Source: a virus
DNA length: 64,000 nucleotides
IMG/VR virus record: IMGVR_UViG_3300044720_000021
Coordinates: 2,896-66,895 of that record
Reading direction: 5' to 3' (one strand)
This document shows, piece by piece, positions 47,232 to 54,993 of the stretch (its first letter is position 1; each line of letters starts with the position of its first letter). Both the position numbers and the translations under genes were made by a program. The notes below the pieces were generated by a model. That model saw only the letters and a program-made list of their open reading frames with translations. It ran no database searches and was not told the DNA's origin.

Positions 47232-48814
47232 AATTCTTTCAGACATTGACCGAACAATTCGTTCCCGCCTTCGGGCTCCCGACCTGGGGTGGGACACTGC
47301 GTTCGGTTTTCAGGGTTGTCAGCAGTGCGTTCTTCCCGGCGCAGCCGGCTTACGACAAGACGGTGATCAATTACGACGTGGCGCGGCAGCTATATCGCAA
47401 CGATGGTTCGGACACGAATCTCGGGGCAGGCTTCTGCAAGCCGATCATCGACAGGGCCGTCGAATTCATGGGCATCCCGTCTGTCTCCTCGGATGACGAC
47501 GAACTCGACGCAGAGGTAAACAACGCGATCGAGCGACACTGGAAGCCTCAGCTTCAGGAGATTTTCAGAAACTCGATGCGCGACAGCAAAACGATCGTTC
47601 GGATCTGGCAGCCTCTCCTCAATGACAAGCTGACGACAGAGGAGGAGCGAACCGCTTGCGTCCTTCAGGTGTACGAGCCCGAGCGTGTGACGCTCACCTA
47701 TGACCCAAAGAATCCGAAGCGGGTCATTCGGGCTCTAGTCATCTCCAACGTCGAGTGGCCGGACATCGAGACGCAGCCCAGGCCGGATCCGCAGCGCGGA
47801 GCAAGGCCCAACGTGAAAATACACGAAATTTGGGAGATCATCACCCCCGATCGGTACACCTACTACGACAAGACGGACAACAGGTGGCTGGACACATGGG
47901 CGCGTGACAATACGGCTGGCTTCGTGCCGATGCTCGAAGTCTGGAACGAGTACGACAGCGCGCTTTCAGGTGGGCAAAGCGACTTGGAGAGCCCGTTCCC
48001 GTTCATCAAGGCTTTTCATGAGGTCATGCGTCAGGCACTTCAAGCGCACAAGTACCATTCGACTCCGAAGTTGGGGATCAAGGTTGCGCAAATGGAAGGC
48101 TTCCTGAAAAACAACTACCCGGACGTGTTCGACGCCGATGGGAAGGTCATCTCCGGCGCTACGATCTCGTGGAAGGGTCGGGAAGTGTTTTTCATCGGTG
48201 AGAACGACGAGATCAGTTTCATCGAGGCCAAGTCGGTGCTCGGTGACTCGAAGGTGATGATGGAGTTCCTGATCGACTGCATCTCGATCTCGTCCGAGAC
48301 ACCCGAGGAGATGTTCATGCGTTCGGAGTCCGGCGTCTCGGGCTCGTCTGACAAGAAGATCATCGCCTTCGAGAAGAAGATCGAGCGCAAGCGAACCAAC
48401 TACCAGCCTTACGTTCAGCAGATGGTGAAAATGATGATGGTCATGAGTGGACGAACTCCCGCGAATGTGGACGTTCTCTGGGAGGAGATCCGCACGGAAA
48501 CCCTCGTCACGCTCTCGCAGTCTATGCAGCAGCTTGTCATGTCGCTGGAAGTGCTCTTGGAGCGCAAGCTGATCAGCGACAACACGGCCCGCTACACTCT
48601 GCGCAGCTTCCGGCTGTTCCGCAAGATGAAAACTCCGGCAATCGAGGCCAGGGAGGCACAAAGCAACCTGAGCCTGGACGAGCGGAACGCAGAGCTCGAT
48701 CAGAAAACGCAAAGACTCGCCATCACGGCGGGCGGCGGGAGCAGCAGCAACGGAAATGGCTCCACTCGCACTCCGGTGACAAGTAGTCGCAATGGAGGGG
48801 GCAAGAACGAGTGA
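47228..48814 (+). CDS. Portal protein
   Basis: 528 aa after terminase; CKPIIDRAVEFMG, PMLEVWN..GQSDLE. Confidence 0.8.
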   Translation: MKFFQTLTEQFVPAFGLPTWGGTLRSVFRVVSSAFFPAQPAYDKTVINYDVARQLYRNDGSDTNLGAGFCKPIIDRAVEFMGIPSVSSDDDELDAEVNNAIERHWKPQLQEIFRNSMRDSKTIVRIWQPLLNDKLTTEEERTACVLQVYEPERVTLTYDPKNPKRVIRALVISNVEWPDIETQPRPDPQRGARPNVKIHEIWEIITPDRYTYYDKTDNRWLDTWARDNTAGFVPMLEVWNEYDSALSGGQSDLESPFPFIKAFHEVMRQALQAHKYHSTPKLGIKVAQMEGFLKNNYPDVFDADGKVISGATISWKGREVFFIGENDEISFIEAKSVLGDSKVMMEFLIDCISISSETPEEMFMRSESGVSGSSDKKIIAFEKKIERKRTNYQPYVQQMVKMMMVMSGRTPANVDVLWEEIRTETLVTLSQSMQQLVMSLEVLLERKLISDNTARYTLRSFRLFRKMKTPAIEAREAQSNLSLDERNAELDQKTQRLAITAGGGSSSNGNGSTRTPVTSSRNGGGKNE

Positions 48815-48960
48815 GAGTTGGCCGGCCACGCAGCATCAGGGTGAAAAAGTCCGTGAAGCGGCGTCGGTATGGCAATCGTCGCAAGGGCATGAAAAATCCG
48901 AAGCAGGTAGCAGCCAAGGTAGGGCGGAATCGCGTCCGCAGACGCAGAAGGAGAAGATGA
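48811..48960 (+). CDS. Arg-rich protamine-like micro-protein 1 (49 aa, not in ORF track)
   Basis: MRVGRPRSIRVKKSVKRRRYGNRRKGMKNPKQVAAKVGRNRVRRRRRRR; GTGA overlap with portal stop. Confidence 0.55.
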   Translation: MRVGRPRSIRVKKSVKRRRYGNRRKGMKNPKQVAAKVGRNRVRRRRRRR

Positions 48961-48963
48961 AAA

Positions 48964-49098
48964 ATGCGTTGGAACAACAAGAGCGGCAAACTGAGTCCCA
49001 AGTCGAGGACTCGTTCGCCTGCCGCGAAACAGCGGATCGCTCGTCGGCGCACCATCGTGCCCTACGGCCGCGAGATCCGGGTCAGGGGTTCTGTCTGA
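48964..49098 (+). CDS. Basic micro-protein 2 (44 aa)
   Basis: AAGGAG RBS; MRWNNKSGKLSPKSRTRSPAAKQRIARRR.. Confidence 0.5.
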   Translation: MRWNNKSGKLSPKSRTRSPAAKQRIARRRTIVPYGREIRVRGSV

Positions 49099-49229
49099 TG
49101 GCGCTTAGGGTTTTCAACGCCAATGGCGACTACGGCAAGACAAAGGTTGGTCGGACACGTTCGAACCGCAAGAGGGGTTCCACGCCTCCCGGCCTGCATC
49201 TGAAAATCCGACGTAGAGGAAGGAGGTAG
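49098..49229 (+). CDS. Basic micro-protein 3 (43 aa)
   Basis: TGATG coupling; MALRVFNANG..KIRRRGRR. Confidence 0.5.
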   Translation: MALRVFNANGDYGKTKVGRTRSNRKRGSTPPGLHLKIRRRGRR

Positions 49230-49234
49230 ACCGC

Positions 49235-49525
49235 ATGAGGATCCTCAGTGGAGGCGCACACAAGGCAGTCGGCCGTCCCGGCTATTACCCGCTGTCGCGG
49301 GCAATGGGCAGCGCAAAGCGCGGCGTTCGTCGTCTGATCAAGCGTGACCCGGCCAAGGGAACGTCACTGCCCGAGTTCGACCGTTACACCGAGGTTCATG
49401 GCGTGACGGGGCTCTCCGGGCCTACGTCGGCTACGCAGATGTCCAAGGCTCGCTCTGCACGCCCAGGAGCAGGGCAGACGCGGATTCGTGATCGAGGCAA
49501 GAACACGAACCTGAAGAAGCGGTAG
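49235..49525 (+). CDS. Basic protein 4 (96 aa)
   Basis: AAGGAGG RBS; Arg/Lys/Gly-rich. Confidence 0.55.
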   Translation: MRILSGGAHKAVGRPGYYPLSRAMGSAKRGVRRLIKRDPAKGTSLPEFDRYTEVHGVTGLSGPTSATQMSKARSARPGAGQTRIRDRGKNTNLKKR

Positions 49526-49531
49526 GTCATC

Positions 49532-50644
49532 ATGAGCAATATTTTCACCGACATCGAACTGGAACTCCCCCTCGAAGTCTCCGAGATGGCGACGGAGGCG
49601 GGCCAGATCGTGACGTTGAATCAGACCCGCGTTGCAGAGCTCCTGGCGGACTATGGTGATGAAAAGCCACAGTTCCCAATTCTGCGGGTCGAGGCCGGCC
49701 TGAGCAACAACAACAACAACTGGTCGGAATCCCTGCTCGTGGACATCGCGGAGCAAGTGAACAAGTCTGAAAAGCCTGGGTATTGGGGGCACATCAAGCC
49801 GGATGAACGTGGCTATGTGTTCCCTGACCCGGAAACGCTGTGGCTCGGTGCCACGGTGAAAAGGGAAGGTGGCAAACAAGTCCTGTACGTCAAGGGCTAC
49901 AACATTCCTGGTGGTCGAGCTCGGAGGCATCGCTCGCTCGCGAAGGTGACTTCGTGGGCAGGCAAGGCGTCCGGCAAGGTCGTCGGGGGTGTGCGCATGA
50001 TCGAGAAGTTCGCGCTCGAAAGCATCGATTGGGCTCGCCCAGGTGCCGAAGGCATGAACGCGCGAGTCGTCGGAATCGCAACGGAAATGGAAGGGAGTGA
50101 CAACGAAGTGGACGATCTGAGCAAAGTCACGGTCGATCAGCTTCGGGCAGCGAACCCGTCGCTTTTCACCCTGGTCAAGAACGAGGTCGAGAAGGACTAC
50201 GAGTCGCAGGTTCAGGAGATGACCGAGAAGGCGAAGAAGGCCGACGAGGCCGAGTCGCTTTTCAGCAAGCTGCGCACGTTGCTGAAGATCGATGAAAAGG
50301 ACGACATCGTGGAGGCTGTGACCAAAGCAGTCGAGACGGTCGAGAACGTCGGCAAGGGCGAACTTCGCGAGAAGATCGCGGCCTACCTGAAGGGCAAGGT
50401 CAAGTCGGACTCGGCGCAGAGCACGCTCATGCGTCTGATCCCCGTGACCGAGATGGCGGGAAAGTCGGACGAGGAAATCGGCAAGTACGTCGATGAATTC
50501 CTCACGACCGATGACGACGCCAAGTCGGTTGTCACCGAGATGGAGCAGGCACCTGCCCCTCTCACGCGACATCGGACTGGCGACGGGCAGCGGGACAAGA
50601 TCGGCTCGTCCGGCATGGTTCGCAAGCAGACCGTCAAGCTGTAA
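49532..50644 (+). CDS. Prohead protease/scaffold fusion
   Basis: GH..; ESIDW..PG N-terminal domain followed by long acidic helical region; position. Confidence 0.6.
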   Translation: MSNIFTDIELELPLEVSEMATEAGQIVTLNQTRVAELLADYGDEKPQFPILRVEAGLSNNNNNWSESLLVDIAEQVNKSEKPGYWGHIKPDERGYVFPDPETLWLGATVKREGGKQVLYVKGYNIPGGRARRHRSLAKVTSWAGKASGKVVGGVRMIEKFALESIDWARPGAEGMNARVVGIATEMEGSDNEVDDLSKVTVDQLRAANPSLFTLVKNEVEKDYESQVQEMTEKAKKADEAESLFSKLRTLLKIDEKDDIVEAVTKAVETVENVGKGELREKIAAYLKGKVKSDSAQSTLMRLIPVTEMAGKSDEEIGKYVDEFLTTDDDAKSVVTEMEQAPAPLTRHRTGDGQRDKIGSSGMVRKQTVKL

Positions 50645-50664
50645 CGGGAAAGGAGCAGCTTTTC

Positions 50665-51252
50665 ATGGCAACCACGAAAGACAATCTGGAAGTCGCACGC
50701 GCAGTCGTCGGTGACACGCCGCCTTCTGCTCTCGTCAACCCCTCACTTCGACAGGAGGATCAGCACATGGCTGAGGAACTTCAGCCTGTCGTTGTCGGCC
50801 CGCCCGCCTACGCGAGCCCGGATCCGGCGACGAACCAGGGCCGGCTCGTTCCGGTCGAGACGCACCCGCTCTCTGGGGACATCTCCGACGACTACGGCGC
50901 GGCCGTAGCGGATCGGACTCCGGGTCAGCCCGACACCCTCACTGCGACCGAGGCAGACGCAAAGCCTCGCGAGGAGTGGGAGGGCGAGGACTGGCGCAAT
51001 CAGGCCGAGAAGTACGGTCTGTCGAAGGGCGGCTCGAACGCAGATGTTCAGGCGCGCGTCGAGGATCACGAGAAGGCGCTCGAAGCGGACAAGGAGATGG
51101 GCGCGAAGGAATGGATCTCCGAGTTCGAGGACGCCGACAACGCCGAGTCACTCTCAGCGGTGAAAAGCCGCTTCGACGCATCCGGCGCGACGTTCACCAC
51201 GTCCCAGGCCGCGTATGACAAGCGGTACCAGGAACTCAACGCGGGCTCGTAA
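50665..51252 (+). CDS. Head-module protein with SAP-like motif
   Basis: WEGEDWRNQAEKYGLSKGGSNADVQARV. Confidence 0.5.
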   Translation: MATTKDNLEVARAVVGDTPPSALVNPSLRQEDQHMAEELQPVVVGPPAYASPDPATNQGRLVPVETHPLSGDISDDYGAAVADRTPGQPDTLTATEADAKPREEWEGEDWRNQAEKYGLSKGGSNADVQARVEDHEKALEADKEMGAKEWISEFEDADNAESLSAVKSRFDASGATFTTSQAAYDKRYQELNAGS

Positions 51253-51286
51253 GCCCGGTGAACACCCGAAAGGAGTGAAAAGCTAA

Positions 51287-51661
51287 ATGGGTAACAAGAT
51301 CAGCGATGGCAAGGCCATCGATGTGCAGGCACCCGGCGCAACCGTCATCAACGATGGCGACATGTACCGGATCTCCGGGTTCACCGGGTTTGCAATCGGC
51401 AAGAAGGACGGCGTTCAGACCGATCTCGGGATGGCTCTCGAAGTCGATACGAATGCCGTGTGGTCGGTCAAGCTGCCCGCAGCACTGAACCCCGCCGTGG
51501 GGACGAACCTGAAGTGGTCTGCCGGCGCAGGCTTCAAGAAGGGCGACACCGACTTGATCGCTGGCGGTGCGCTCGAAACCGGAGTCTGCAAGGTCGTCGC
51601 AGTGAAAAATGCCGCTGGCTACGCGCAGGTTCGCCTGACGGGCCAGATCCCCGAGGTCTAA
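51287..51661 (+). CDS. Capsid cement/decoration protein (DUF2190-like)
   Basis: Small Gly-rich beta protein directly before MCP. Confidence 0.6.
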   Translation: MGNKISDGKAIDVQAPGATVINDGDMYRISGFTGFAIGKKDGVQTDLGMALEVDTNAVWSVKLPAALNPAVGTNLKWSAGAGFKKGDTDLIAGGALETGVCKVVAVKNAAGYAQVRLTGQIPEV

Positions 51662-51695
51662 GCCTCTAACTGAAGTGAAGGGAGTGAAAAACTAG

Positions 51696-52757
51696 ATGCA
51701 GCCTTACTGGCAGACCCTCGACAAGTCCTCCGCGCTGAAAGCGTGGCGGACAGCGATCAACGAGGGTGATCTTCGCCGCGAGCTCCTGATCTCGGAGATG
51801 ATCTGCGAGATGGTGGACGTGGAGAACGGCGGGATCCAGAACATCGAATGGGGCTCAGAGGACGCGGTGAACATCGCAGAGATGATCAACACGTCCCAGG
51901 GCTCGATGGATCTGCTCGAAAAGGTGCGGGTGGACGTGGCCTTCGGGCTCGCTGAAATTCCGCTTCTCTACGGGCCGATCTACGAGCGGGTCGATGGCCC
52001 GTTCCCCGGCGGCGTGTTTCAGATCGATGAAAACACGTTGCAGGCCGATGTCGTTTTCCTCGAAAAGTTCGAGGGAGGCGAGGTTCAGTTCGGAACGCTC
52101 CGCAAGGGAGCTCCGTCGCTCGGGAAGATCCAGACCTACGCGGCTGGATTCGAGTGGACGGAGGACATGGTGGAGTTCGATCAGACGTGGAGCATCACGC
52201 TTCACAACCGCGCCTTCGGGCGTGCGTACAACGCTCTGATCAACCATCTCCACCTGTCTCCGATCATCGGCTTCACCTACGGCGCAGGGAACTCGTCAGC
52301 CGCCGTGACCACCGGAGCAACGCTTCAGGAGGACACGCACCTGACGTTCCAGGCGGCGTACAAGGAGACGGTGATGGCTGCTCCGCAGCGCAGGGGCTCC
52401 GTGCTGCTCGCGTCCGAGTCGGATCGCTTCCAGATCGAGGAAGCGCTTCTGACCCCAGTGCGGGACGTGCAGGGCAACTCGCTGCCGACCATCCCCATCG
52501 ACACCATCATCTACTACGACGGCGAGACGTTGCAGCGCGGCTCGGACGTTTTCACCTATCCGGGTGTGACGCCGGGAACCGCGTTCATGATCTTCCCGAA
52601 GCAGAAGATGAAGGAGATGCTGCATCACGATCTCCGCATCGACATCGGCCCTGCCGACATCTCTCGGTTGGTCGAAGGTCAGCAGGTTGGTCGGGCTCGG
52701 CGCGGTCTGTACGCAGACATCGCCGGGAGCGTCGAGAAGATCACGCTGCCGACCTAA
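51696..52757 (+). CDS. Major capsid protein
   Basis: 353 aa; position; TYAAGFEWTEDM..FGRAY HK97-like pattern. Confidence 0.8.
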   Translation: MQPYWQTLDKSSALKAWRTAINEGDLRRELLISEMICEMVDVENGGIQNIEWGSEDAVNIAEMINTSQGSMDLLEKVRVDVAFGLAEIPLLYGPIYERVDGPFPGGVFQIDENTLQADVVFLEKFEGGEVQFGTLRKGAPSLGKIQTYAAGFEWTEDMVEFDQTWSITLHNRAFGRAYNALINHLHLSPIIGFTYGAGNSSAAVTTGATLQEDTHLTFQAAYKETVMAAPQRRGSVLLASESDRFQIEEALLTPVRDVQGNSLPTIPIDTIIYYDGETLQRGSDVFTYPGVTPGTAFMIFPKQKMKEMLHHDLRIDIGPADISRLVEGQQVGRARRGLYADIAGSVEKITLPT

Positions 52758-52819
52758 CAGATGAAAAACTGATGGGTGGCGGCGCGGGCCACCCTGATGT
52801 TTTCATCAAGGAGACGTGA

Positions 52820-53495
52820 ATGTCGCATCTCAAGAAAGCAGAGCCCTCTCGGGCGAAGGTGAAAGTGAAACTAGGAGCCGTGAAAATCCACGGCCCCAAT
52901 TCGCCTATCGGCTTGGAGGGAACACGCGAGCACGTCGAGGGCAGTGAGATCGCTGCCGAGCTCACCTACGCAGAAATCGAAGCAGGGTGGGGGAAGGAAG
53001 CAGCCGACGCCGTATTCGCCGGAATCGACCCCGAGGAGGCACAGGATGGCTGATGAAAATAGCGGCCTTCCCAACACCATCGTTCAGTGCGATGGTTGCG
53101 AGAAGCCGTTGAACGTCCTGAAGCCCTTCCTCTCTGTCGTCGTCAAGGCGCAGCGGCAGGTACTCGTCACAACGGTCGCACAGGCCGAAGGTGACAACTT
53201 CGAGGAAGTGGAAAATCCCGAGGCGGAAGCCCCGGACGTGTACCTCGGCACTCGCTCAGGTCGCGGTCGGATTCTCTCGCTCCACGATTTTTCATGCCTC
53301 AATCGCTACGCAAGGGACGACAAGCGGAAGGACGCACCCGCAAAGATCATGCAGCATCACGAACCGGGCGAGATCTACGTGCCGGCTGACAATCGCTCCC
53401 CCGAGGAGTTGGTCGAGGCCGGAGATCTTCCCGAGGCGATGCTGGCGGTCTACGCGGAACAGGCCGATGCAATCGAACCAGGGGAGGGTGAGTGA
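52820..53495 (+). CDS. Two hypothetical genes (52820-53053; 53046-53495 with CDGC..H..C)
   Basis: RBSs, overlap. Confidence 0.5.
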
Positions 53496-53950
53496 TGGAT
53501 CACGCACTCGATCTGCCACGGGCCTTCCCGAGCCTGCGTGAGCTCTGGCGGCGGCTGATCCACTTGGCCGTCGTCGTGACAAACGCAGGTGAGGAGTTCG
53601 TGGTTGACAAGCTGAACGAGACAGTGCAGACCAAGCCCGAGTATTGCGGTTGGGGTGAGGGGGCGGGAACGGCTGCGAAGGCCGACACCGATCTTTTCAC
53701 CCCTGTGAACACGGATCAGGCGAACACGACTCTCCGTCAGCTTTCAACGACGAGCAAGACCGGCACGGGAGCCACGGCGAAGTATCAGGCCATTGCCACG
53801 CTCACGAGCCCGAACGCGAACAACAAGACGAACGCCGGCTTGTGGACGGCGGCGACGGCGGGGACGTTGATTGTCAAGGGCGACCATGCATCGACCCCGA
53901 TGGCGATTGGCGACCGAATCGAATACACGTTCACCATCGACCCGAGCTAG
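53492..53950 (+). CDS. Structural beta protein (fibre-attachment type)
   Basis: VTNAG..YCGWGEG..DTDL..NAGLWTAATAG..FTI. Confidence 0.55.
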   Translation: MMDHALDLPRAFPSLRELWRRLIHLAVVVTNAGEEFVVDKLNETVQTKPEYCGWGEGAGTAAKADTDLFTPVNTDQANTTLRQLSTTSKTGTGATAKYQAIATLTSPNANNKTNAGLWTAATAGTLIVKGDHASTPMAIGDRIEYTFTIDPS

Positions 53951-54047
53951 ACCATGAGCTCCTGGGCTGATGAAAACAGGGTCGGGTAGTGCAATCAGGC
54001 TGCCCGACCCTCGGCGTCGAAGGGTGGGATGAAAAATAGCGACGTTC

Positions 54048-54454
54048 GTGCCCAAGGACTTCGATCAGGCGTTGAAACTGGCAACAATGTGCCCGGTGCA
54101 GGTGTATGCCAAGACGGGAGCTACCTACACGATAGCTTTTCTTCCGCTCGACATGGTGCGAACCGGAGTAACGCAGGCGCAACTCGATAGAGCAAAGGCA
54201 ATGCTTCCTGATCTCGAAGAAGTAACCAGCATCACACCCTAGGAGGAACCTTGGCGCAAGTGACACCCAAGAACGTGAACGACTTCATTGCATTGGCAGG
54301 AGCATGTCCCCTGTCGGTCTATACCGATGACGGCGGGACGTACACCGTCGCAGGTTGCCCCTTCGACGCGATCCTGTCCAATGTGTCGCAGGCTGACTTC
54401 GATGAAATTCTGCTTGCGCTGCCCGGCATCATGGAGGTCGAGCGGATCGCATGA
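54048..54454 (+). CDS. Tandem paralogous small proteins (54048-54242, 54251-54454)
   Basis: Both: LA..CP..VY...G.TYT.A..P.D.....V.QA..D.....LP...EV. Confidence 0.65.
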
Positions 54455-54993
54455 AAATCGAGGACGGCATCATCCTGGATCCGATCACCGGCAAGCCGCG
54501 TGACTCACTCGATCATATCGAGGAGATGCTGTCGCTCTCTGAAAAGTATCCCTGGCTTGTAGGGACGACGACGACCCGCCGCTACCTCTGTACCCCGGCG
54601 GCGGCGGCGGGTCTGACGTACACGATGAACGCGACCGCTTGGAACGCGGCGAGCACTTGGACGCAGATTGTCGCGTCAGGTGGCATCGGAGATCCCTACT
54701 ACATCACGGGCTTTACCTGCCAGTACCACAACACGCCGACGATCACGGTGGACACGACCCTTCAGGTCGAGATGCAGATTGCGACCGGCGCAGCGGCGTC
54801 AGAAGTGATGAAAATTCAGTATCCGTTCAGCGTGCGCGTGGACTCCGCAGTTGGACACCATCCTGTACTCAGCTTCGATCTTCCCGAGCCCTTCACTGTC
54901 ACCGGCAACCCCCGACTTGCCTTCCGCATGTTGTCCTCGATGGCTGTGGCAACCGTGTGGCAGGGCATCAAGTTCAAGTATCAGATCACATGA
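54451..54993 (+). CDS. Beta-sandwich structural protein
   Basis: Paralogous to central domain of 54990-57542. Confidence 0.55.
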   Translation: MKIEDGIILDPITGKPRDSLDHIEEMLSLSEKYPWLVGTTTTRRYLCTPAAAAGLTYTMNATAWNAASTWTQIVASGGIGDPYYITGFTCQYHNTPTITVDTTLQVEMQIATGAAASEVMKIQYPFSVRVDSAVGHHPVLSFDLPEPFTVTGNPRLAFRMLSSMAVATVWQGIKFKYQIT

